Source: Penicillus capitatus (Eukaryota; Plantae; Chlorophyta). Taken from it: a stretch of DNA of 64,000 bases. The notes below the pieces were generated by a model. The model made no database searches. It was not told the origin of the DNA and saw nothing but the letters and a program-made list of their open reading frames with translations. The stretch covers positions 81,778 to 145,777 of the forward strand of contig OZ287716.1 of the NCBI GenBank assembly GCA_965649825.1, given 5' to 3'. Of this stretch, positions 1-10,573 are shown in pieces (position 1 is the stretch's first letter; every line of letters begins with the position of its first letter). A program made the position numbers and the translations under genes.

Positions 1-1291
1 CCTCGCCGTTCACCGAACAACAAGACGTAGTTCTCTCGATATGACACGAGAGCAGCAGATGCTTGAGTTGCATCACATTCCAAGTCCAGGACAGTTCGCT
101 CATATGCGTGACTAGGTGCAGGTTTCTTCAGGTATCGATCGATCATTGGGCGGCGCACGAAGAAAGAGCGAATTCTGATCGCGCGACTTGCGTCAGCAAC
201 CATCTCCACGGTTATACCCCTGTCAAGAGATGCTTGATTTTCGATGCTGCCTTCGAGCATTTTTGCTAAACCAATCTCCTATGCTGATCCGCTTGGCGAT
301 TGTGATGTGAGAAAATGGCATGACCTGTCAGCGCCGTACAGTGATCGTGCATGAGATAAAAGTATGGATGCTTTGGAGACATAGCAATCAACGATGCCAT
401 TGAAAACGTCGACGCCTCGTTAGAACACTGTCTACTGAGGAGTCATCCTACAGTTCCTCTTTCGGCCGAACAACGCGACAAACACAACAAAACCGCATTG
501 GCGAAGAAATGCACAGAGCATTCTTATTAAACGATGACATAGGTGTTGTTACTGTTCAATCTTTCGTCGTCCAGACGTAAAGGGATGATTTCGTCGGCGA
601 CATTTCGATTCACTGGTAGCTACATCATCGTTCGCCTTCCTCCAAAATGCATCCTATTCATCGCAGTGTTAAACTGTTTACTGTTTCGGATTTCTGTCTT
701 TCTTATCATCACTGCGATCGTCCTTCCTTGAATCTAGTGTATACTCAATCTTTATCCACTTCTTTGGCTTTTCAGACTTTTCGGAACCTTCTGCGCCGGA
801 ACTCGTCGATGCACTGCAAAACAGAAAATGGAGTCAGGCATCAAACGGTATGCATACGATCTTACGAAGTGTTTGCAGCGGCGTCCTGAGTGTCCTTGGG
901 TTCACGGAATGCCGGTGTCTGCGTTTCGGTTGGTGGAATCGGAGGGTCCATCAAGCCTGAGAACACACCATTCAAGCCAGGGAAGCAACGCGATGTTCGA
1001 CTTCGTGAGGAAATGGGATGGGCGTACTGACGAGCGCTATGCTGGAAGCTCAACGGCTTTCTGTTCGGTCCTTTGCAGGCTTGCCGAGCCCGACCCAAGA
1101 GTTCATTTATGTCCTTTTCCTGCGTTCCTTGCTGCTGGCCAGGTAACGGCCTATCTTTTAAACCACTGAGGATTTTATCGAATTCTTCTGCAGTATACTG
1201 CGGATTCTCATCGGTGGTACCGCTTCCCGATGGTTTCGGTCCTTCAACAACTGCAGTCTTCTCTTTTTCCAGTGATGGAACGGGAGATACC
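1..1291. repeat. Direct-repeat copy 1 of a segmental duplication (partner 11734-13034); runs off the window start
   Basis: Position 1 aligns to 11734. ORFs 647..889/12381..12623 and 828..1169/12562..12903 translate identically. Homology ends at GGAACGGGAGAT(A/G)CC (~1291 vs ~13034). Confidence 0.97.
678..1291 (-). pseudogene. 5'-truncated duplicate of the last exons of the coiled-coil gene at 12412-16753
   Basis: ORF 862..1296 matches the C-terminal part of ORF 12596..13312 (SPVPSLEKEKT...DAAANTS). The upstream exons are absent from this copy. Confidence 0.85.
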
Positions 1292-1294
1292 ATC

Positions 1295-2993
1295 ATGTAC
1301 AGAGATTATCTAAACTGTGTCCGGACGCCCATGGACTTTGGAACTATCAAAGGAAACATTTCCCAGTACAAGAATCCGACAGAGTTCGAAGCGGATGTGC
1401 GGTTGGTTTTTGAGAACGCAAGGAAGTACAATGCCCCAGGGACAGATGTCAGAGAGATGGCACGTGCATTGGAGGCAAAATTCGAAGAGAAGTGGACGAA
1501 ATCCGTTGTGCCCCGACTGGAGGAGTTGAAAGTCAATGAGATCGAAGATCAGATCGCTTTTAAACAAAGCAAAGCTGACAATTCAACGATGGAGGCCGAG
1601 ACAAGAGTCGACGAATGTTGTCGCCTGCTGCTGAATCGACTCCAGGTCCTGTTGTCTTTTATCCTGATGACAATGATCTTAGAGATCTGCTTGCTATATC
1701 TAGGTACTGTCTGAAGAATTAAAGTCGGTTCAGTGCCTGGCAGCAGCTCAGTGTGTCACTTTGCCCGAGGACGAACGATTGCGATTGGGATGGGAATTGA
1801 CGACGTTGGCGCCAGAGCAGTTCCAACATGCTGTGAATTTAGTTCTGATGCGACATCCAGGATTGGTGGCGACCATGCGAGATAACACAATCGAATTTGA
1901 CATCAACAAAATGGATTGTCTTACTCTAAGACAGCTGCAAGACTACATCCATGACTGCTCAAAAGAGAAGAGCAGGGCAGAGGAACGTGGTGGTCCGCTG
2001 GAAACGCCGCCCGTAAGAAAACGTCGTCGACGCTGGCCGTCGCCTTCACGTAAACACATCTGCCTTTTCACACGATCTCTATCTCACGACCTTCCGCAGG
2101 ACATGTGGACGAAGGTGTCGATCCGTACTGGCCTGTCGAAGGACAAGGCGTTCACTGGCCAAAGGTCGCACTCGGTAATGGTCTGAAGCCCTACGATGCA
2201 GAAGTGGAACCATTCATTCCACCCAGTGCAGAAGAACCTCTGTCTCTACCCTTCTCGTCTGTTTTTATGCATCATCAGCAAAACCTACAGCGTGAATCTG
2301 ATACCCCTCCTGAAAACTCTCCGGTACATATTCAAGTAGAAGACTCTGCGCTGTCTTCGCCGCCTTCGACAGCGGTCTCCACCAACCAGATGCCGATCTT
2401 TCTACCTTTGCCCCGCTCACCGAGGGATGCAGAGACAAATGCGTTTTACGGTGGAGACGCCACTGGTCCATCCGAAATCGTTTTGCCCCCTCCCTATTCT
2501 GTTCTGTCGATGTTGCCTCCGCAGAGCACAGACCTTATGTATCAACAGCAGACATTGCCTGCAACACAAGAGGCCGTTTTGCAACCGATGTCCAACACGC
2601 CTTGTCTCAGTGGTAGGTCACATCTCACTTGTGTTTGTAAGATTTTTGTCCTCTTTAGTTTCGGACATATCTCCTCCCACTGTGTTGGTCCCGACCGCTG
2701 GATTGGCGGCCATTCCGTTGGTCCCGGTATCTCAGCCGACGAGTCAGTTCCCTCCTTTCTTCACGGCAAATATTCGGCCGCCATTTGCAGCGCCGTTGAA
2801 TCCGAGTGCTCCCCTTCCTATATCACCACCTGAGTCTCCTGCCGTTGGACCTGCATCCCATCCATTCATAGCCGGTTTTCCTCCTTCCCCTATTCCGGAG
2901 CCTACAGCTACACTAGAGGCTTTCACTGCTCCAATTTCATCCACTGCGACAACAATGCCAGTCACATCAAGCGGAGATATTCGACTGGGATAA
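1295..2993 (+). CDS. Bromodomain + ET (GTE/BET-family) protein lacking the N-terminal part of the bromodomain; Pro/Ser-rich tail
   Basis: DYLNCVRTPMDFGTIK...EADVRLVFENARKYNAPG is the C-terminal half of a bromodomain. ERLRLGWELTTL...IEFDINKMDCLTLRQLQDYI is an ET domain. Three inferred GT-AG introns (near 1.65-1.70, 2.05-2.10 and 2.61-2.66 kb) keep the frame open to 2993. Confidence 0.85.
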
Positions 2994-3204
2994 GCAGCTT
3001 AAAAGTTGAACATTGTACATAAAAAGGACGTTCGATAGAGGCATAAAGCATTTTCTTTGTTGTTTTCGTTTAAAATCCAAAGTTATAATACAAACATGAG
3101 CTATCCACACGAAAAAATTCATCAAGCGTCGCACTACGGTCGGCGCTACGAATGGCAACAGGAAAAATTACACGGCCCTAAAATGCAACACCGATCGCCG
3201 ACGA

Positions 3205-3244
3205 TTCTCAGATCTCTGCCAGCGTCACGGACGTCATCTGAGAA
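3205..3244. repeat. Short inverted repeat TTCTCAGAT-N22-ATCTGAGAA just left of the satellite
   Basis: 9-bp perfect arms at 3205-3213 and 3236-3244. Confidence 0.6.
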
Positions 3245-3284
3245 ATCGGGATCTCTCCGTGAAGCCCCAGGCTTCCAATCAGAA

Positions 3285-6200
3285 CCAGAGGTCAGGTAGG
3301 ACGCCGCCGCCGCGGCCTCCAGTGGCCGAGAAGGCATCCAGTAGAGACATGAGATAGAGTAGGACGCCCATGACGGCCTTTGCGCCGCCGCCAGACGTCA
3401 GGTAGGACGCCGCCACGACAGACTCGAATGGCCAAGAAGACATCCAGTAGCAGCAGCAGATGGAGTAGGACGCCGCCACGACGGCCTCCAGTGGCCGAGA
3501 AGGCATCCAGTAGAGACATGAGATAGAGTAGGACGCCCATGACGGCCTTTCCGCCGCCGCCAGACGTCAGGTAGGACGCCGCCACGACGGCCTCCAGTGG
3601 CCGAGAAGACATCATCCAGCATCAGCGGGAGATAGAGTAGGACGCCCATGAGGGCCTCCAATGTCGGCATAAGCAGTAGCAGCAGGTGATAGAGTAGGAC
3701 GCCCACGACGGTCTTTGCACCGCCGCCAGACGTCAGGTAGGACGCCGCCACGACGGCCTCCAGTGGCCGAGAAGGCATCCAGTAGAGGCATGAGATAGAG
3801 TAGGACGCCCACGACGGCCTTTGCACCGCCGCCAGACGTCAGGTAGGACGCCGCCACGACGGCCTCCACTGGCCGACAAGGCATCCAGTAGCAGCGAGAG
3901 ATAGAGTAGGACGCCCATGAGGGTCTCCAATGTCGGCATAAGCAGTAGCAGCAGGTGATAGAGTAGGACGCCGCCACGACAGACTCGAATGGCCGAGAAG
4001 GCATCCAGTAGCAGCAGTAGATAGAGTAGGACGCCGCCACGACGGCCTCCAGTGGCCGACAAGGCATCCAGTAGCAGCAGTAGATAGAGTAGGACGCCCC
4101 ACGACGGCGTTTGCGCCGCCTCCAGACGACATGTAGGACGCCGCCACGACGGCCTCCACTAGCCGACAAGGCATCCAGTAGCAGCAGTAGATGGAGTAGG
4201 ACGCCCACGACGGCCTTTGCGCCGCCGCCAGGAGTCTGGTTGGACGCCGCCACGACGGCCTCCAGTGGCCGACAAGGCATCCAGTAGCAGCAGTAGATAG
4301 AGTAGGACGCCGCCACGACGGCCTCCACTAGCCGACAAGGCATCCAGTAGCAGCAGCAGATGGAGTAGGACGCCCATGACGGCCTTTGCGCCGCCGCCAG
4401 GAGTCTGGTTGGACGCCGCCACGACGGCCTCCAGTGGCCGACAAGGCATCCAGTAGCAGCAGTAGATAGAGTAGGACGCCGCCACGACGGCCTCCACTAG
4501 CCGACAAGGCATCCAGTAGCAGCAGCAGATGGAGTAGGACGCCGCCACGACGGCCTCCACTGGCCAAGAAGACATCCAGTAGCAGCAGTAGATAGAGTAG
4601 GACGCCGCCACGACGGCCTCCACTAGCCGACAAGGCATCCAGTAGCAGCAGCAGATGGAGTAGGACGCCCATGACGGCCTTTGCGCCGCCGCCAGGAGTC
4701 TGGTTGGACGCCGCCACGACGGCCTCCACTGGCCGACAAGGCATCCAGTAGCAGCAGTAGATAGAGTAGGACGCCCACGACGGCCTTTGCACGCCGCCAG
4801 ACGACATGTAGGACGCCGCCACGACGGCCTCCACTGGCCGACAAGGCATCCAGTAGCAGCGAGAGATAGAGTAGGACGCCCATGAGGGCCTCCAATGTCG
4901 GCATAAGCAGTAGCAGCAGGTGATAGAGTAGGACGCCCACGACGGTCTTTGCACCGCCGCCAGACGTCAGGTAGGACGCCGCCACGACGGCCTCCAGTGG
5001 CCGAGAAGGCATCCAGTAGAGGCATGAGATAGAGTAGGACGCCCACGACGGCCTTTGCACCGCCGCCAGACGTCAGGTAGGACGCCGCCACGACGGCCTC
5101 CACTGGCCGACAAGGCATCCAGTAGCAGCGAGAGATAGAGTAGGACGCCCATGAGGGTCTCCAATGTCGGCATAAGCAGTAGCAGCAGGTGATAGAGTAG
5201 GACGCCGCCACGACAGACTCGAATGGCCGAGAAGGCATCCAGTAGCAGCAGTAGATAGAGTAGGACGCCGCCACGACGGCCTCCAGTGGCCGACAAGGCA
5301 TCCAGTAGCAGCAGTAGATAGAGTAGGACGCCCCACGACGGCGTTTGCGCCGCCTCCAGACGACATGTAGGACGCCGCCACGACGGCCTCCACTAGCCGA
5401 CAAGGCATCCAGTAGCAGCAGTAGATAGAGTAGGACGCCCACGACGGCGTTTGCGCCGCCTCCAGACGTCATGTAGGACGCCGCCACGACGGCCTCCACT
5501 AGCCGACAAGGCATCCAGTAGCAGCAGTAGATGGAGCAGGACGCCCACGACGGCGTTTGCGCCGCCTCCAGGAGTCAAGTTGGACGCCGCCACGACGGCC
5601 TCCAGTGGCCGACAAGGCATCCAGTAGCAGCGGAGATAGAGTAGGACGCCGCCACGTCGGCCTCCAGTGGCCGACAAGGCATCCAGTAGCAGCAGTAGAT
5701 AGAGTAGGACGCTTATGACGGGCTTTGCGCCGCCGCCAGACGACATGTAGGACGCCGCCACGACGGCCTCCACTAGCCGACAAGGCATCCAGTAGCAGCA
5801 GTAGATAGAGTAGGACGCCCCACGACGGCGTTTGCGCCGCCTCCAGACGACATGTAGGACGCCGCCACGACGGCCTCCACTAGCCGACAAGGCATCCAGT
5901 AGCAGCAGTAGATGGAGCAGGACGCCCACGACGGCGTTTGCGCCGCCTCCAGGAGTCAAGTTGGACGCCGCCACGACGGCCTCCACTAGCCGACAAGGCA
6001 TCCAGTAGCAGCAGTAGATGGAGTAGGACGCCCACGACGGCCTTTGCGCCGCCGCCAGGAGTCTGGTTGGACGCCGCCACGACGGCCTCCACTGGCCGAC
6101 AAGGCATCCAGTAGCAGCGAGAGATAGAGTAGGACGCCCATGAGGGCCTCCAATGTCGGCATAAGCAGTAGCAGCAGGTGATAGAGTAGGACGCCCACGA

Positions 6201-7383
6201 CGGCCTTTGCGCCGCCGCCAGACGTCAGGTAGGACGCCGCCACGACAGACTCGAATGGCCGAGAAGGCATCCAGTAGCAGCAGTAGATAGAGTAGGACGC
6301 CGCCACGACGGCCTCCAGTGGCCGACAAGGCATCCAGTAGCAGCAGTAGATAGAGTAGGACGCCCCACGACGGCGTTTGCGCCGCCTCCAGACGACATGT
6401 AGGACGCCGCCACGACGGCCTCCACTAGCCGACAAGGCATCCAGTAGCAGCAGTAGATGGAGTAGGACGCCCACGACGGCCTTTGCGCCGCCGCCAGGAG
6501 TCTGGTTGGACGCCGCCACGACGGCCTCCAGTGGCCGACAAGGCATCCAGTAGCAGCAGTAGATAGAGTAGGACGCCGCCACGACGGCCTCCACTAGCCG
6601 ACAAGGCATCCAGTAGCAGCAGCAGATGGAGTAGGACGCCCATGACGGCCTTTGCGCCGCCGCCAGGAGTCTGGTTGGACGCCGCCACGACGGCCTCCAG
6701 TGGCCGACAAGGCATCCAGTAGCAGCAGTAGATAGAGTAGGACGCCGCCACGACGGCCTCCACTAGCCGACAAGGCATCCAGTAGCAGCAGCAGATGGAG
6801 TAGGACGCCGCCACGACGGCCTCCACTGGCCAAGAAGACATCCAGTAGCAGCAGTAGATGGAGTAGGACGCCGCCACGACGGCCTCCACTAGCCGACAAG
6901 GCATCCAGTAGCAGCAGTAGATGGAGTAGGACGCCCATGACGGCCTTTGCGCCGCCGCCAGGAGTCTGGTTGGACGCCGCCACGACGGCCTCCAGTGGCC
7001 GACAATGCATCCAGTAGCAGCGGTAGATAGAGTAGGACGCCCATGACGGCCTTTGCGCCGCCGCCAGGAGTCAGGTTGGACGCCGCCACGCCGGCCGCCA
7101 GTGGCCGAGAAGACATCATCCAGTATCAGCGGGAGATAGAGTAGGACGCCCACGACGGCGTTTGCGCCGCCGCCAGGAGTCAGGTTGGACGCCGCCACGC
7201 CGCCCGCCAGTGGCCGAGAAGACATCATCCAGTATCAGCGGGAGATAGAGTAGGACGCCCACGACGGCCTCCACTGGCCGACAAGGCATCCAGTAGCAGC
7301 AGTAGATCGAGTAGGACGCCCACGACGGCCTCCACTGGCCGACAAGGCATCCAGTAGCAGCGGGAGAAAGAGTGAGTACGCCC
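3285..7383. repeat. Modular minisatellite array 1: about 73 copies of core GGACGCC(GC)CACGACGGCC in ~43-66 bp units, with higher-order duplications
   Basis: Manual count of cores. A 63-bp unit (...TCCASTRGCCGACAAGGCATCCAGTAGCAGCAGTAGATRGAGTA) is interleaved with ~43-bp units (...TTTGCGCCGCCGCCAGGAGTCTGGTT and variants) and a TCCAATGTCGGCATAAGC variant. Repeated ORF-track translations and end-points recur at offsets of 1234 and 2266 bp. Confidence 0.97.
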
Positions 7384-7674
7384 GCGGCTGCATCCCGTGA
7401 CTGCCAAAGCGGTAAGTAGAGCTTCCATGACGTAATTCGGCCTCCAATCACGGCGTGACCCCATACAGACCATCCATGGCTGCCATCGGGCCTCCAGCAG
7501 CTGCAAGACATCAGGTGGATCATCTGTCAATGCCTCCAATGACAGTAATACAGCAAAGAGAACATCCATGATGTCTTCCAATGACAGCCAAACAGTACAT
7601 AAATCATCCATCAGAGACGGCCTCCAGCCTCAGCAGCGACAGGAACACATCAGGAAGGTAATCCAGGTCGGCTT

Positions 7675-8283
7675 TTAGCCTCCAATGACAGCAAAGAGCG
7701 AACAGATGATTGAGCACGGCCGCCAGGCCTCCAGTGACAGCAAAGAGCGAACAGATGATTGAGCAGGGCCGCCAGGCCTCCAGTGACAGCAAAGAGCGAA
7801 CAGATGATTGAGCAGGGCCGCCAGGCCTCCAGCGACAGCAAAGAGATAAGTATGATGAATCACGGCCGCCAAGCCTCCAATGACAGCAAAGAGCGAACAG
7901 ATAATTGAGCACGGCTGCCAGGCCTCCAATGACAGCAAAGAGCGAACAGATGATTGAGCACGGCCGCCAGGCCTCCAGTGACAGCAAAGAGATAAGTATG
8001 ATCCATCACGGCCGCCAGGCCTCCAGTGACAGCAAAGAGATAAGTATGATCCATCACGGCCGCCAGGCCTCCAATGACATCAGGGTAAGGAACAGATGAT
8101 CCATCACGGCCGCCAGGCCTCCAGCGACAGCAGGATAGGGAACAGATGATCCAGCACGGCCGCCAGGCCTCCAATGACATCAGGGTAAGGAACAGATGAT
8201 CCAGCACGGCCGCCAGGCCTCCAATGACATCAGGGTAAGGAACAGATGATCCAGCACGGCCGCCAGGCCTCCAATGACAGTCA
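7675..8283. repeat. Minisatellite array 2, 48-50 bp units
   Basis: Units such as GACAGCAAAGAGCGAACAGATGATTGAGCACGGCCGCCAGGCCTCCAAT. They share GGCCTCCA(A/G)T with array 1, and degenerate copies bridge 7384-7675. Confidence 0.95.
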
Positions 8284-8520
8284 ATAATCAGGTAGGATAT
8301 CCAGCACGGTTTCCATCCACCAATCACAACGAGACATCGGATAAGACACGCCAGCCTCCGGGCGGCAAAACAGCAAGTATAGCACAGCAGCCTTCATGTC
8401 AGACACAGCAAATGAGATTCCTACAGCCTTCAGGTAAAAAACAGTTACAGAGCCATCCACAACAAAGCGGAGGTGGAATGGCAGAGAAACGGGTCGGAAG
8501 AAATAAAACAGCCCCTTTTG

Positions 8521-8605
8521 CATCTTTTTATTTTTTTTATTTTTTTGGTTGATTATTTAGTCACACTTCAGAGTGTGACTTTTTTTATTTTTATTATTTA
8601 TTTTT
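8521..8605. other. Perfect palindrome AGTCACACT-TCAG-AGTGTGACT (8559-8580) flanked by (T)nA tracts
   Basis: 9-bp arms with a 4-nt loop. T-rich runs lie on both sides and read as AATAAA/A-rich on the minus strand. Confidence 0.85.
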
Positions 8606-8767
8606 TCTCAGACAAAAAATTGTGAGATGCTTGAGAAGAAAATAGAAATTTTTGTTTTTTTTTTTCAAATTTTTTGTACACCCCCACGAAGACATCTTAA
8701 AAATCTAAACAGACCTGGCACCCCACACAGGCCAATTCTCGATGGAAACCTACAAGACAAACAAATT

Positions 8768-9902
8768 TTAGGAAAGACAAAGACGAAATTTTCTTACGCA
8801 TTGCCCCGACATGAAGAAGAGGCGTTCGGGGATGGCAGGCGAGCAGATTGGAAGGCACTCGCCAGACATAAAAAAAGGACGGGAAGGGAATCCGGACGGT
8901 CTGACAGGAAAAATAGAAGGTCGGGGAGGGATGGGAGGTGGCTGATTAAGGGAGAAGAGGGATGTCCGAATGGGAAAGGGAGGAGGAAGAGCAGGGAGGG
9001 AGAAAAGTAAAGGACGAGAGGGGATTATGGGCGAAGGAGATGCAGGAATAGAAAATACTTGAGGCCGCGGTGGAAACAAAGGAGGTTGGATTTGCGGCAC
9101 AGAGGGTGGGGAAAGGATGGGCTGAGGAATCGATGATGGGGACCACCCCATCTGTGGCGGCTGTGCAGGTTGGGAGGCAGGCTGCGCAGCAGAATGGTGG
9201 TCTGGCGACTGGGCAGACGGCGCGGCTGGAGGCGCAGGAGCAGGGGACCACTCCATGTGTGGCGGGGCTCCAGGCTGGCAGGTTGGCGGCGGAGGGGCTG
9301 GCTGGCAGGTTGGCGGCGGAGGGGCTCCAGGCTGGGTAGGCTCAGAGACGGGCGGAGGCGGCGCATATGACTGGACACGCTGCGGAGGCGGCTGAGCAGC
9401 AGGCTGGCCCTCTTGGGCCAACCGCGCTTGCCTCTCCGCGGCCGAGAGGACCCTGGCCCTCCGCCCGGGCCGAGGCTGTGCGCTTTGGTCCCTATTGGGA
9501 CCAAAGCGCACAGGAGGGGTCTGAGCAGCTACGTGCTCCTGACCCCTCAGTGCGGTTGATTGGGCCTTGAGGTCCCAATACAACCGCACCCTCGCGGCCT
9601 CGTCCATGCCCTGGAAGGCCCTGGGCGGTTGATTGCCCAGGACCTCCCGTAAGGTCACCTGTGCGAAGCTACAGAACACACAGAGGTTAGTGAACCCTAG
9701 AAGAACAGGGCGGCCGCGCGTTCACTGTAGCGCGCAACCGCCATCGTCTAGACTGCAGCTGGACGCTTGCATGTTCGCAGCAATCGTCCAGGCTGCAGTT
9801 GAAGAGCTCCGTAGCGCGCGACTCGTCGAAGCATGGCAACAGCACTCACGGTTTGCCCGGATAGCCGTAATCAGCCTCCGTAAACATGTGTGCGTCGGCC
9901 AT
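8768..9902 (-). CDS. Orphan two-exon Pro/Gln-rich protein (~317 aa)
   Basis: Exon 1 (9902-9850) reads MADAHMFTEADYGYPGKP, with donor GTGAGT at 9849. The acceptor CTAAC...TTCTGTAG at 9669 joins it in frame to ORF 8768..9679. No family recognised. Confidence 0.65.
9476..9513. repeat. Perfect 17-bp-arm hairpin CTGTGCGCTTTGGTCCC-TATT-GGGACCAAAGCGCACAG
   Basis: Arms 9476-9492 and 9497-9513 are exact reverse complements. Confidence 0.95.
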
Positions 9903-10573
9903 CGTCGTGAAAGTCGGTTGTCAAAGAGAGCAGCAAAGATCGCCGGAAGCAGCAGAGAACCCGAAACTCGAGTGCGGAAGGCTTGGCGACAGGACCTTTA
10001 TAGGCCGCCTCGGTTGCTGAGCGCGACCTGCGGACGGCGGCTGGGAACCGTGGCCGTTTGCCGGCGCCTGCATGCGCCGCCGGACAAAGAATCGGCCGCC
10101 AGACGGCCAGAAACGCAGAGTACTGTCGTCGGGATGCGCGTCGCGAAAGAGAGAGCGTTTCCAGTAGCTTAGCGAAGTGTTTTACAGGAGACATTTCTTA
10201 GAGTTTGTCCGTGTGCACCGCTCTGAGTGTAACGCGCATGCGTTCTCTGCGGATGTTCCGACGCGGATCTCCGAACGGCCAACCGCTCGAGTCAGCTCCG
10301 CGTTGCCTGAGCAGAGGAACGCGGCGGGCGTTCTCTCTTGCAGAAGCGGCAAGGACTCTACGTCTGGACGGCCGTCTGTTTCGGGCGCCTCCGTCGCAAA
10401 CGCCGTCGAGAGAGCGATCTGCGCGGTGTAACGCGAATTGGTTTGAGAAGTTGGCGTGGGCCCTAACTCCCTCGAACATGGAAGGCCGAACCGAACGACG
10501 CCTTCTGCGAGAACCAGACGGCCACGGAGCCGTCGTCTGAGTTCATGCTCGCGCACAGCGTCGAGGGAGCGTT

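Noticed and set aside
3285-7383. CRISPR-like look (constant core plus variable spacers)
   Set aside because: The spacers fall into three reiterated families rather than being unique. The context is intron-rich eukaryotic DNA and there are no cas genes.
7680-8283. Hammerhead ribozyme / retrozyme array
   Set aside because: No CTGANGA...GAAA catalytic core was found in the monomers on either strand by eye.
3146-8327. Dozens of long minus-strand ORFs (up to 451 aa) over the satellites
   Set aside because: All three minus frames are open because the + strand is T-poor, with few TTA/CTA/TCA. The 43-bp and 48-50-bp units shift frame constantly, so this is a compositional artefact.
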